From assembly GCA_963840455.1 (NCBI GenBank), contig CAWIYV010000007.1:32001-96000 (forward strand): a stretch of 64,000 nt of DNA, given 5' to 3'. The position numbers and the translations under genes were made by a program. Positions 33,841-45,954 of the stretch are shown here, piece after piece. How positions within the stretch are numbered: the stretch's first letter is position 1; each line of letters begins with the position of its first letter. The stretch is from Nitrospirota bacterium. Its GTDB lineage: Bacteria > Nitrospirota > UBA9217. The notes under the pieces were generated by a model. It saw nothing but the letters and a program-made list of their open reading frames with translations, had not been told where the DNA came from and searched no databases.

Positions 33841-34590
33841 TCAGAGGCTCTGCCCCATCTTGCGATGGAGCTTCTTGTCCGGGTGGTTGGAGGGGTTGTC
33901 GGTGAGCAGGATCGTCCCGTCGGCGTTGGTGCCGACGTAGATGGTATAGCGGGGTGCGAACGTCTTGCCGGTGCCATTGTATATCTGCATGATCTTTCTT
34001 ACGTAATCCTGGGTCTCCTTGTACGGCGGAATAGTACCCCACTTCTTCACTGATGTCTCCCCCGAATTGTAAGCTGCCAGGCTGAGAGAAAGGTTCCCCT
34101 CGTAGCGGTCGAGCAGGTAGCGGAGATATTTCACGCCGCCCTCAATATTCTCGTGGGGGCTGAAGGTGTTCCTGACATTCATGGTGCTGGCCGTCTCCGG
34201 CATGAGCTGCATGAGACCCATGGCGCCCTTGCGGGAGATGGCGAAGGGATTGAAGTCGGACTCTACCTTCACAATGGCATGGACCAGGGACGGGTCAACG
34301 CCGTACCGTTCAGACGCCGAGTTGATGATGCTCACATAGGAGACCGGGATGTCTGACCTGCGCTCGCTCCCCGTTGACGTCGGTGCCGGCCGTGCCGCTG
34401 CTGACGAAGACATCGCGCCCCGGGCCTCAGCATGGACCTTCGCGGTGTTCTTCACCCGTCCGCCCGGGACGTTCGTGAAATGCACCACACCACTGTCATC
34501 TACGAACTGATAGATGTCGGCCTGGGCGTTTACTGCCAGGGAAGCCAGAAACGCTACAAGTGCCAGTATGTGCCGTGCAATGGATTTCAT
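33841..34590 (-). CDS. Lytic transglycosylase (SLT domain) with N-terminal DUF4124-like domain
   Basis: Signal peptide, DIYQFVDDSGVVHFTN, ESDFNP, GAMGLMQLMP, AAYNSG, ETQDYV. Confidence 0.92.
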   Translation of the reverse strand: MKSIARHILALVAFLASLAVNAQADIYQFVDDSGVVHFTNVPGGRVKNTAKVHAEARGAMSSSAAARPAPTSTGSERRSDIPVSYVSIINSASERYGVDPSLVHAIVKVESDFNPFAISRKGAMGLMQLMPETASTMNVRNTFSPHENIEGGVKYLRYLLDRYEGNLSLSLAAYNSGETSVKKWGTIPPYKETQDYVRKIMQIYNGTGKTFAPRYTIYVGTNADGTILLTDNPSNHPDKKLHRKMGQSL

Positions 34591-34636
34591 CTCGTCTGAC
34601 TTTCTTTAGCGACAATTTGCAGACTAATTTTGCCTA

Positions 34637-34665
34637 ATAATACCAAAAAAATATGTTCCTGTCAA
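34637..34665 (-). promoter_or_regulatory. Sigma70 promoter of the lytic transglycosylase gene
   Basis: Minus strand TTGACA-N17-TATTAT. Confidence 0.6.
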
Positions 34666-34828
34666 TAAGGAATGAGGTTTTTGAATTGGTCTGGCATGCT
34701 ATTAGGAATGTAACCTTAACACCGGGAAAACACCTTTATTACAACAAGAGCTCTATCGCTCTTGACTGTTCCGATTGGATAGATTATCATCGTCAAACAA
34801 TCAGTTACCCGTTTCCTGAACTATCCCG

Positions 34829-35527
34829 ATGAACAAGATCCTGATCATCATTCCCGCTTACAACGAGGAAGAAAGCCTGCCCGGCGTCATGCAGGACCTG
34901 CGCAACCACGCTCCGGATGCGGACATCCTGGTCGTGGACGACGGATCCCGAGACCGTACCGCGGCAATGGCACGCCAGACGGGGGTGAAAGTGGCAAGCC
35001 TGCCGTACAACCTGGGGATCGGCGGCGCGATGCAGACCGGCTTCCAGTACGCCAGGGCGAAGGGCTACGATATAGCGATCCAGTTCGACGGCGACGGCCA
35101 GCACATGGCGGCCGAGATTGGCGAACTCCTCGACCTTCTCAGTCAGGGGCGTGCCGACATCGTGGTGGGATCACGGTTCCTGACGCGGGGGGACTACCGT
35201 CCTCCCATTTTCCGCAAGATAGGGATATGGATCTTTTCGACGGTCCTTTCGACCATTATTGGCATGCCCGTTACAGATACGACGTCGGGATTCCGTGCCG
35301 TGAACCGCAGGGTCATCGAGTTCTTCGCCCGGTCATACCCCGAGGATTATCCGGAGGTGGAGAGCCTGGTGCTCCTTCACCGCGCGGGAATGACCATTGC
35401 GGAGGTCCCCGTGCGCATGAGGGACCGGACCGGGGGGCGCTCCTCGATCACGCCCATACGGTCGGTGTACTACATGATCAAGGTCCTGCTGGCGGTATTT
35501 GTTGATCTTCTGAAAAAAGTGAGGTAA
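34829..35527 (+). CDS. GT2 polyprenol-phosphate glycosyltransferase (DPM1-like)
   Basis: IIPAYNEE, VVDDGS.D, DGDGQH, GSRF, DTTSGFR. Confidence 0.9.
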   Translation: MNKILIIIPAYNEEESLPGVMQDLRNHAPDADILVVDDGSRDRTAAMARQTGVKVASLPYNLGIGGAMQTGFQYARAKGYDIAIQFDGDGQHMAAEIGELLDLLSQGRADIVVGSRFLTRGDYRPPIFRKIGIWIFSTVLSTIIGMPVTDTTSGFRAVNRRVIEFFARSYPEDYPEVESLVLLHRAGMTIAEVPVRMRDRTGGRSSITPIRSVYYMIKVLLAVFVDLLKKVR

Positions 35528-35531
35528 GCCC

Positions 35532-35915
35532 ATGGACATAGTCAAGATATTGGCGATCACGGGCAGCGCCACGGTCCTGTTCCTCGTTCTGGAACTGATC
35601 CGGCGGGGGAGGCTGAAAGAGCGGTATTCGCTCTTGTGGCTGTTCTCGGGCGTGGTCATGCTCGTCCTTTCCCTGTCCCGGGAACTGCTCGAGTACATCG
35701 CCCGGCAGGTGGGGATCTTCTATCCGCCCTCGCTGCTCTTTTTGATCGCATTCGTCTTTCTTATGCTGATAACTCTCCATTTTTCGGCGGTCATCTCCGG
35801 CCTTTCCGAGAAGAACAAAAAGCTGGCCCAGGAGATCGCGCTGCTGCGGCAGGCCCTGAATGATCTGGACCGGTCGTGGCGAACCGGCACGGACGAACAG
35901 AAGAGTGAAGGATAA
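35532..35915 (+). CDS. DUF2304-like membrane protein
   Basis: LIRRGRLKERYSLLW, VGIFYPP, C-terminal KLAQEIALL; typical partner of DPM1-like GT2. Confidence 0.8.
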   Translation: MDIVKILAITGSATVLFLVLELIRRGRLKERYSLLWLFSGVVMLVLSLSRELLEYIARQVGIFYPPSLLFLIAFVFLMLITLHFSAVISGLSEKNKKLAQEIALLRQALNDLDRSWRTGTDEQKSEG

Positions 35916-36008
35916 GAACAACTGCCGATCAGCTGCACGGCACTTTACATTCGCGGGCATCCATGGTAGATTTTGCGATCAGATGTCCCCGGAGGGAGCG
36001 AACAAACC

Positions 36009-37197
36009 ATGACCACCCTGATTGCCAGTATCAATGGAATATTCTCAAACAAGCGGTTCAATCTCATAGCCCTCTGCATAATAGCAGGCCTGATCCTGAT
36101 CGCGTACAGCAATACCTTCACTGCAAGCTTTCATTTTGACGACAATCCCGCGATCATCGAGAACCCGATCATCCGTCATGTGACCATGGATAACCTCATG
36201 GCGATCCTCAGGGCGGGACGCCCAATCGTTGATCTGTCGATCATGCTGAACTATCAGCTGAATGGCATGGATGTCGTCGGTTACCATATCTTCAACATCG
36301 CTACCCACATCCTGAACAGTGTCCTGGTGTATTTCCTGGTGCTCGGAACGCTTTCGCTGCCCCAGCTCCTTGTTCGCTACCAGGGAAAGGCTCAATGGAT
36401 GGCGTTGTTCTGCGCGCTTCTTTTTGGCGTTCATCCGGTCCAGACCGAGTCCGTGACCTATATCATCAGCCGGTCAGAACTGCTGGCAACGTGTTTCTAT
36501 CTCGCTGCATTTCTGCTCTTGATCAGGGGAGCGAGATCAGGGAACTTTATGTACGTCATCGGTGTAACGATCGCTTCGCTGCTCGCCATGAGCTCGAAAC
36601 AGTGGGCGGTGACACTACCCGGCTCTGCTTGTTCTCTATGATTACTTGTTCCTGGCGGAAGGCAAGATGCAGCCGGTCCTGTCGCGCTGGTACTATTATG
36701 TGCTCGCGGCGCTCCCCTGGATATTGGTTGTCTCAAAGCTCAATCTTTTTGCCACCGGAGGCGTTGCGGGCGTCGGATTCAATGTTGCAAGCGCAACCGG
36801 TATCACGCCGAAAACGTATCTCTATACGTCCTTTAATGTCATCTGGACCTATATCAGACTGCTATTCCTGCCGATCAACCAGAATCTCGATTATGACTAT
36901 CCCATCGCCAAGACACTGTTCGAACTGCCGACGATCCTTTCTTTTGCCGGACATTTGGCGATTATTACCGCGGCCGTCTGGCTCTACCGGACAAGAAGTG
37001 GACGCTCATCCCGTTCGGCGTTGCATGGTTCTATATCGGACTTTCTCCGGTCCAGAGCTTCGTCCCCGTTATCGATGTCATTTTCGAACATCGCCTGTAC
37101 ATGCCGTCGATCGGATTCTTTCATGGTCTTTATTGTGCGTTCGACGATGAAAAGCCTTGATGGCCTGAAGCGCCTGAGAAGGCGAAGCGGAGAGTAA
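36009..37197 (+). pseudogene. TMTC-like GT-C membrane glycosyltransferase, frameshifted
   Basis: FHFDD..IIEN, GRP, YHIFN..H, HPVQTESVTYIISRSELL, LFLPINQNLDYD, FEHRLY, split across frames. Confidence 0.75.
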
Positions 37198-37242
37198 AGA
37201 AACGCCGGGAGAAGTCCGCCTCTGCGTTTGACCGTTGTCGGG

Positions 37243-38041
37243 TCACGCCTGCCCCGGAAGCGCGCGATGCTGTTCAGCACCACATAGGAGGCTGCGATGC
37301 CGAGGTAGCTCAGCCAGTGCAGCGCGTTCAGCATTGATGAGCCAGAGTGGCGCCTTGCCACCTCCAGTTCCTCGCGGAATGACCTGAGATAGGAGCTGGA
37401 GGTCTTCGAGGCCGTATAGACCCGGAACGATGCCAGGCACTCGTCCAGGACAACGAGAGGATATCTCTTTCCGATGCGCAGCCAATAATCGTAGTCCATC
37501 ACGAAATGCTCGTTCTTGTCGAAGACCCCGAGCTCATCCATGACCTGCCGACGCCAGAACGTGGCGGGCTGGCTCACCGGATTTGTCACCAGCAGCAGGG
37601 AATAGCTGAAATGGCGCAGGAGGAAGTTCTTGTATGCCGTGATAGCGCTCCGCATTTCCCGGTCCTGCTCATCGATGATCCGACACTTGCCCGTGACCCA
37701 CATGGCTTCGACGTGCTCCCGGAAGAAATCGCCCGACACGCATCAGCGCGCCCGGCTCATAGACATCGTCGGAATTCAGATAGGCGATAATGTCTCCGGT
37801 CGCCATCTGCGATCCCCTTGTTGATCGCATCTGCCTGCCCCTTGTCTTTTTCCGAGCACCATTTCAGCTGGCCTCCATACTTCCGTAGGATTTCGACCGT
37901 TCCGTCTGTTGAGCCTCCATCCATAATGATGTACTCGAGATTCGGATACCCCTGGTCCAGGACGCTCCTGATGGTCCGCTCGATGAACGGCGCCTGATTA
38001 TAGGAAGGGGTGATGACGGTGATGCACGGCAGGGCTTTCAT
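37243..38041 (-). pseudogene. GT2 glycosyltransferase (WcaE-like), frameshifted
   Basis: ITPSYNQ, DGGSTDG, ADAINKG in one frame; SQPATFW, MDYDYWLR in another; 3' end approximate. Confidence 0.8.
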
Positions 38042-39217
38042 TGTGATATTTCCTCTGCGAGAGAATGGACCTCTCTCCATACTTCATCGATCGCGATTTC
38101 ACTGATGCAACGGATTGTCGAATACCTGCATCTCCAGTCGCAGCCGAAGCAATTCATCTGTCTGTGAACAACGCGACCGTTGACGCCTCCGTAAGGATAG
38201 AACCTTCTAAAGTGGCCACCTCCCATAATGCACACAGTGGGGCATTCTACGGCAGCTGCCATATGGATGACGCCGGTCTCATTTGCGATCAGCATGCGAG
38301 CTTTGGATAACAGTGCCATCATTTGGGAAAGGGTGGTGATGCCTGCACAATAGACCCAGGGTAATTCCGGAGCATGCGCAGCGACTCGTCTGGCCACGTG
38401 TATATCCTTCGGTCCCCCGCAGAGCACCGGTATCCATTTAGTGCTGATAAAAAGCCGTCGTGCAATTTCTGCAAAACGTTCAGACGGCCATTGCCTTCCC
38501 TGCAAACTTGCGCCGGGAAAAATGATAAAATAGGGTTTAGCAATGCCAAATTTATCGAGCGTGGAACGGTCTGTAAGGACATCATGAGGATAGCGAGGAG
38601 GAGCAGCTTCGAATGTGTCCAGACCCAATCCCCGCAAAAATTCTGCATTCCTGTCCAGCTCGTTCAGGGGGAGGACGCGTGCCGGGATGAGACGCGTATA
38701 CCATCTGTCTGCTCGACGCTTCTGCCATCCGGTCATGTTGCTAAAATTTCCAGTGCTGCCGGCTCTGACCGGTGCGCAACTCACATGGACAACTGAATCG
38801 CCAAGGAGGGCAGACCGCGAGTACGTTGGTTCGATGGCGTGATCGAATCGGTAATTCCGGATATCCCTAGGATTCGGAAACGATAGACAGGATTTATGAC
38901 GAATTTCCTCGTATCCATGAAAACATAATGGTCGGCGTAAGGAAGTCGTTTCTCGCTAGTCCCGACCACACCCTGTTTCCCAAGAGGGTAATTTCCCACT
39001 GGTCCGGGGGGAAGAGTTTTCGATATTCCTTGAAGGAATCCAAAAAGAGGATAAAATCACCAATCATATCCAATCGTACAATGAGCAGGCGTTTCCTGCC
39101 GTCCTGGCGGGACGCAGACCTCCGCGGCAGAATCCGGACAACGGCATCGACGAGCTCGCACAGCGGAAGCGCGAGCACGACAGGGGCGAGCATGAGGATG
39201 CGTACTTTGAGGGTCAT
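38038..39217 (-). pseudogene. GT9 (heptosyltransferase-like) glycosyltransferase, frameshifted
   Basis: VRLDMIGDFIL N-terminus; FPGAS..RQWP, NETG..HMAAA C-terminus. Confidence 0.8.
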
Positions 39218-39508
39218 GTATAGGTACTACAGTGAAGCTTTCCGTCGCTTAGTTGAACTCTGTTCCAGCTCTTTTGGGAACATCTCCCCTGGCGATGTCC
39301 CGATATCGACCTCATTGCCGCACAGCATAAGGTGAGATCTACACAACATAGCATCTTTACCGGCGGCTGATGTCTCAGCTCCGGCCGCCATTCTTCAATC
39401 TCAGGAAGATAAAGGTATCATGAGAAAAAGTCGTAGCTCCGTGGGCGCATCCTTTTACCATTGGGCGATCCAAGCGGTCAGCCTTTACAAGTTAATCGCC
39501 CGTTGGAG

Positions 39509-40266
39509 TCATTTGCTCTTAAAGATGACGGCCTGGCCCGTTGGTAGGACCAGAGGCACAATTTCTCGTCCAGTGAAATATGTATCGACAGCTTGTCTGG
39601 CCCCTGGGCATGATGGAAAGCCGTAATCATCAAATACAAGGAATCCACCTACGGATAGTCGCGGGAAAATAAAATCGCAGCAATCTGTCACGGATTGACG
39701 TATGTCTACGTCGATGTGTGCGAGGGCAATTCTCGAGCTCTCCAATCCGCGGAAGGTGTCAGGGATGAATCCTTGATGGTAAACAGCAATATCGTTTTGC
39801 TGCACATAGCTTTTGACTCCCGTAAGGGTCGTGTCTGAGAAATCGCCTTTTCGATGAAGGTCATTTGCATGATCTGCTTCCGGCATTCCTTCAAAAGTGT
39901 CAAAAAGATGCAGGCGTTTGGTGGGCGAGCCGTCATGAACTATCTGCGCGAGCATAGCTGCTGTACCGCCCTTGTAAACACCGCATTCCCAAATATCGCC
40001 GTCTAGGAAGAGCGCTTGTCAACACAGCGAATAGATAACCCAACAGCGGTCAGGGGAAACAAGAGTACGACTTTTTGCGGAATCGTAGTACCTCGCAAAA
40101 TCTCCATAGCCAAGCCATGGAGAGAATAATGGACGATAGTATTTGCGTCCGCGTTCCGAGATCCTTGAGGCCAGTGGGCCGGCCTCGGAAGACGGTAAAC
40201 TTCAAAGCCCATGTAATTCAACATTCTGCGTACAGCGTTTTTTAGCGGATCCATTATGATCTCCAT
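39509..40266 (-). pseudogene. TylF/MycF/NovP-family O-methyltransferase, frameshifted
   Basis: GDIWECGVYKGG, FDTFEGMP, HIDVD, FDDYG. Confidence 0.8.
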
Positions 40267-40448
40267 GATTGATGAATCAAGCGGAGCGACGCTAGCATTA
40301 TATTTTGCATGCGATGGAACAGGTTTTCAGGACGTTACTGTACACTACCTCACATTGGGCGGAGCAATTGTGTGCAACTATCATAAGTAAGGATCATCAG
40401 TGAAATTATATACTTCAATCGATGCAACGGTATCAACAATTAATCGAA

Positions 40449-41087
40449 TCAGGAGGGATCCTTTTTTATTGCCCAGATTATCGACTCGAAACCATACAAC
40501 GCCCACGTAGAGCCCCAAGGCATGTTTCTTCCGATCAAGAAACCGATTGGTTCAAGGATCAGCCCCATCAAAAAAAGAAGGGGAGGCCTGTACCGCCTTG
40601 TCGAAATAGGGATGGAAAAACCCTTGGCGGCGATAAAACCGGTTATCTTATCGAACGGGGGTAGGAACCTGTGCGTCGGGTCATCGGAAAAATTGAGTGT
40701 TCCCCGTCTGGATGGGAACAAAACGCTCTTCTCAGAGGGAAAGGACAGGTATATGATTCCGCCGCTCTTCAGAGAATCGAGCATAGCCGTCAGAACGTCC
40801 CACGGTTGTTCGCAATGCTCAAGATTGTGGCTTGAGATCACCGCGTCGAAATGATTTATTCGGAGCGCGATCTCCCGGGAGAAATTCGCCGGGTCTGCAG
40901 TTATATATTCATCGGCGCAGCAGAGCGAAAAGTTACTTTGATTATAATCATTGATATCTATTCCCACGTAGTGGATGTCAGGTCGCTGGATTTTCACGCG
41001 TTCTGGGGAATTGTTCCCGCAGCCGACATCCAGCAATTTCGCTCCGGCAGGAAGCGACCTGATGAACCTGTCCCTTCCGCGGGACAC
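40449..41087 (-). CDS. Class I SAM methyltransferase (5' end apparently lost)
   Basis: LLDVGCG, FDAVISSHNLEH, LKSGG. Confidence 0.7.
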   Translation of the reverse strand: MSRGRDRFIRSLPAGAKLLDVGCGNNSPERVKIQRPDIHYVGIDINDYNQSNFSLCCADEYITADPANFSREIALRINHFDAVISSHNLEHCEQPWDVLTAMLDSLKSGGIIYLSFPSEKSVLFPSRRGTLNFSDDPTHRFLPPFDKITGFIAAKGFSIPISTRRYRPPLLFLMGLILEPIGFLIGRNMPWGSTWALYGFESIIWAIKKDPS

Positions 41088-41791
41088 TGTTCCAGCCAGT
41101 CCTTGATGCTATAGGCGTTGCCGGACCCGATCGTCGCCTCGAACACGGTGTCTTGCCGCACCAGCGTGAGCATGGCCGCGGCCACGTCGCCCGCGAAGGT
41201 CCATTCTTTCTCAACAGAAATATCTCCCAGTTCGAGCTTCTCGTTGCTTCCCGCATTGATCTGTTGCACAGCGAGGGCGATCATTTTGCTGACATGGCCG
41301 GGTTTTCGAAGAGGGCTCTCATGGTGAAAGAGGTAGCCGACATACACGCGGATCCCGAGGGAGCGGTAATATCGCGCTGCGTAGACCGACTGGATCCTTG
41401 CGACCGCGTACGGGCTCGAGGCCTCGAAGGGGTCGAGCTCGGAAATCGGTCTGCCGGTATTCTTGAACTGAAGACCGCTTCCCGCCAGGAACACCCGTGT
41501 TTGCGGGCAGTGGTCCTTCACCGACTCGAGGATGTTCAACGTTCCCGTCGAGATGGTTTCATGGTTCTCGAATAGGGCTGTGTGGCGGGTCGTTGAGTTG
41601 GCCGCAAGGTGAAAGATGTAGGCGGGGGTATATTTTCTGACCAGCGCCTGTAAGTCTTCATAGCTGCTTACATCGCCGCGCGTTCCGTTGCCGGTGCGCG
41701 ATATCCCGATGGGGGATATGCCCTGTGTCCGGCAGAGTTCACCGAGGTAGTGGCCGTCCTGACCGTTGGCTCCAAAAATGAGAGCGTTCAT
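41088..41791 (-). pseudogene. GDP-mannose 4,6-dehydratase-like SDR, C-terminally truncated
   Basis: GANGQDGHYL, FHLAANS, SPYAVAR, FHHESPLR; stops resembling the family after WLEQC. Confidence 0.75.
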
Positions 41792-42002
41792 AGGTTTTAA
41801 AAGAACTGAAGAGGAAGATCGCCGCTCGGGCGCGAAGCCGAGAAAGTATTGCCAAGGTCAATACAGAAGCACCGTGCTTTCATCGTGGCCCGTGTTCCGT
41901 TAAACGTAGTGCACTATCATACTCGTCATGCGGATCAACGTCAACATCCGCGTACCCGCCACTCGTCCTGTTATTCGGACAAACCGGAACCGGGACCGTT
42001 CA

Positions 42003-42906
42003 TTATCCCAGTTTACCGGACCTGCCCTGAAGATAATGTGATGTGCCACGACATATCTGCGCAGCTCCCGCGGCTTTCGGGTGAGCGTGGGTAAAAAGAC
42101 TCAAGATCGCTGCCGAGAGAACAATTCCAAACCGCAAAAAGCGCAAAAGAGCGGGGAGCGGCTTATTAGCATCAAGACACATGAACATGTTTCTGACACT
42201 ATAATACAGTGATGTAGCGGAGCCGATGCCCATTGATCTGGATACTTTATGCCATACCCTGGAGGCAGGAACATACATGATCTTATAGCCTGCGTTTTGA
42301 GCACGCATGCCCCAGTCAACATCTTCGCAATAACAGAAATACTTATCACCAAGCAGGCCGATCTGCTTCGCATAGTCTTCTGCTCACCATCAATGAACAG
42401 CCAGTCGGCCGCTCTGTTTCTTCTACCGTGTCGAATTGTCCTTCATCGCGTACATTGTAACCTCTGTGGCGGCCCCAGCCGAGCCAGGGATAAAAGGACG
42501 CTCCCAGCATACCAGAGGATGTCAGGCCTGTCATAGAAATATATCTTCGAGCACAACATACCCGCGGTTTTGTCTGCTTCCGCGACAGTGACCAGTTCAG
42601 TTACAAAGTCCTTGTCCACGATCGTATCATTGTTCAATAAGATGATATAATCCGCGCCGTTGTCCAATGCATGCCGCATTCCGATATTGTTTCCACCGGT
42701 AAAGCCGAGATTATGTCCGGTCTGGATAAGGGCAATATCAGGAAATCGTTCGCGTAATAATGTTCGGAGCCGTCCGTAGATCCGTTATCCACAAGAACTT
42801 TGCGGTAATTTGGATACGTAATAGCCTTGAGGGAGTTGACGCACTCCACGGTGTCCTGGTATCCGTTCCAGTTCAAGACGATGATGAAAACCTTGGGGCT
42901 CATCAT
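42003..42906 (-). pseudogene. GT2 glycosyltransferase, multiply frameshifted
   Basis: VLNWNG, DNGSTDG, LLNNDT, VWHKVS fragments in several frames. Confidence 0.8.
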
Positions 42907-44038
42907 TCGTTTGGTCCAGCGGCGGACCTATGTGTTTCTATCGCCTTGTTAATAGCTTCTAGAAATTTTCTTCCGTTTTTTATATCAGGCTCGAGATGGC
43001 ATCCCTCGGCCCATTCATTCCATGCATTAATAAACACGATCTTCTCGTCATCGTCGTACTTATCCGCTCTGGTAAAGGCATTTAAGAGCCACGCTCTAAA
43101 CTGCAAAGGGTCGTTATTTTGGATGATGTTGGCTCTTCGTTTTCTCGCACTGTTGTCCCATGAAGGCGTAACGCAGGGGAATTTTTTATAACCATCTGGA
43201 TGCGGTTTGATCATTGCTCTGTCCGCCAATTTATTGTAACTGTAAATATTATTTTCATTCATCAAGGGAAAATAGGATTGTAATCCGAGTCGGCTGATGA
43301 TCTTATTATAACGATTAGCGACGGCGAGTTTAAATATCACGGATAGTGACCGTCCTGGAAAATCCTGATAGTAAGGTTGAAATTCAACGATTGCGTCGAA
43401 TCCGGTTGCTATAACTGCTTTTTCGTCCACCTGATCAAAGTTGCTTCTAACCGAGCACAGATAGATATCATCAAATCCGTGCTCTTGTACGATCCTTCTC
43501 CAATCACGGATCCGTTCCGATAAATCGGAAATATTGTCCGTCCGGTAAATAAGAAATAAGGGCTTGTTATTTACTTTTATATAGCGAGGGTCCTTAAAAG
43601 CTTTGCATAACCAATTAATGTGCTCGATCCTATCACTGGCATTGTAATCCTGCGTCATCAAGATATCCTTGTGCATCCCGTCCCACGACTTTGTCCAGTT
43701 CTCATTTGCCCAGCACAGGCAGAAAGGAAAATCCGGCCTCCCTGACCGCAGCACTTCACTGAAGGGCCGATCCAAGAGCATCTTGCCGTTGAACCAGTAA
43801 TGGTAGTAACAAAATGCGGAGATACCGTGTTCGGCGGCAAGTTCAGCCTGGGCCATCCGCGTCTCTTCTAGCCGGAGATCGTAAAATCCGAGGTCAGCGG
43901 GTATCTGCGGCTGGTTGTGTCGCGGAATCGCGGTCTCGCCTTAGCGACACTGACCCATTCGGTAAATCCTTTTCCCCACCAGAGATCATTTTCTGGGATA
44001 GGATGATATTGTGGGAGATAGAAGCTGATGATTTTCAC
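42903..44038 (-). pseudogene. WbsX / GH99-like glycan-modifying protein, frameshifted near the N-terminus
   Basis: [23 protein letters not shown], then FCYYHYWF, CWANENW, SWDNSAR, NAWNEWAEGCHLEPD. Confidence 0.85.
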
Positions 44039-44069
44039 GGTTCTAATAATTCCTTTGTCGAGTTCCTAT

Positions 44070-44810
44070 GTATTTCTACTTACGAAGACGTCGAGAAATT
44101 CTGCTTCAAGGCCCTGTGATCTGTCACGAAAGGTGAAGATCCCGGTTGTCATACCGCAGTTCGTATGAATGAAATCCAACAGGTCATCACCCCAGTCAGT
44201 GACAACCAGAGAACCTTTTTTGATCTACCGGGTTGCCATGGTACATCGGTTCCAAGATATTTTCAATTTCATTTGATTCACCGACAGCACGGACAACAGT
44301 TTTTTTCCCCTTATATATAGGCAGTGTAAAAATATGCGCTCCTCCCGGTTTTAATATACGGCGGATTTCCCGAAACGCCGGCACAGGATGAAGAACATGC
44401 TCGAACACATCCTGAGTGATCACCAAATCGAAGGACTCGTCTGGAAAAGTCAGCTTTTCCAGATTTTCACACCTGAATCCCCGTTTAGAGGTGCCCGGCT
44501 TAACATCAGGAGAACACCGCGAGGGCAAATAAGAGGCGCATGCTTTCTGCAATTTCCGGGACGAAGCGCCGCTTGGTGAAGACTCATAGATCCTAAGCTG
44601 GCGCCAATGAGGATACTCAGCATGAAGTACCTTGATGAGTGCTCGCTGACGCGGGATTGACCAGCAAAAGACGCAGAAGTAGTGATCTCTCAACCATTCG
44701 GTTTGTCGTACGAATAAAGTCTTGTGCTCGCAGGATCGGGACAGAAGCCTACGTTCGTTTTGCCGTTCAAAATAGACAGGGGCAGTTTTGCTAGGGTTTT
44801 AAATGTCATT
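44070..44810 (-). pseudogene. Class I SAM methyltransferase, frameshifted (ends approximate)
   Basis: C..C.SIPRQR, FPDESFDLVITQDVFEH, LKPGG; core ORF 44196-44693. Confidence 0.7.
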
Positions 44811-44888
44811 ATCATAGCGTCTGACTTTAATCGAGCGATGCTGTATCCAGAATGGGACAACCGCGTTCCTGAATAGCATTTAGCAGTA

Positions 44889-45954
44889 TCAGATACACAT
44901 AGTACTTCCCGAGAGAAACGGTTTTCTCAATACTGTCACAATCCGGCGGAAATACCCGCGGTAATAGAACCTGCTGGTTCTCAGGCCATGCCAGAGGATG
45001 ATGTCCTGTGATGCTTTCAGCGTGTAATAGACAACGGCAAGCAGATTGGGGATGCTGCCCGGCAGAAGGGCGGCCGTCTTGGCGATGAAACGGTCCCAGC
45101 GAGAATCAAGCCGCGGTTCCATGAACTTTCGATATTCGTCAATTGAATAGGCGCCTGATGCCCGCATCAGCAGGAGCGCCCGTATGTTGTTCCACGGTTC
45201 GCGGGGACCGATGCGCGACTTCGCAGCCTCACTGATTCCGGTAAAGGACCAGATCAGTTGCGGCCATTTAAACATCCAGACCTCAAAATATCGGGACGAC
45301 CACTGAGCATTTCCATACCGAATGGAAATATAAGGTTCGGCAACGGCGCAAGCACCGTGAGGGAGCGCTTTCTGAAAGATGACCCCTAGGTGGACGAATT
45401 CTGTGCCGATATAGGCTTCCTTGTCCCGTTCATTCCAGAGGGAACGGTCAATCACAACAGCACCGATAAACGACAAATAGGTTGCCGTCTCGATGAAAAG
45501 GGCCTCCTGTGCAGAGGGCTCATAGACGGCGTCATGGTCAATCTGAAGTCTTTTCGTCTCCAGGAGATGCAACAGACTTCGATCCTTCACTTCGGCGTTC
45601 AAAACAATGAGGCTGTACCCTCGTTGAAGTCGTTCGAGAATCGCGTTGACGGCTCCAGGCTTTACAATGTCATCATCGGTCATCAGCCAGCAGTATGCCC
45701 CTCTAGCAAAACTTACTGCATTGCAATAATCCCGATCGACACCGCCCTTGACAGGCAGACGGTGATAGTGAAGCTGGGGGCATTGGTCCTGGTAATGTTG
45801 AACAACAGCTTGCTGTGTCATCGGGTGATGCCCCGTCGACAACAATGATTTCTACGTCATCAGTGGCCTGAGTGATGATGCTTTCCAACGTTTGACCAAT
45901 CATATCGGCACGGTTGTAGGTAGCGATGCATATGGAGAGTAACGGTGTCTTCAT
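44889..45954 (-). pseudogene. GT2 glycosyltransferase (RfbV-like), one frameshift
   Basis: LSICIATYNR, VDGASPD, then GGVDRDY, WLMTDDD in another frame. Confidence 0.8.

Noticed and set aside
34645-34660. LexA box upstream of the lytic transglycosylase gene (similar half-site upstream of alaC)
   Set aside because: Only half-sites (ATGTTC) are present, without the GAAC-N4-GTTC palindrome.
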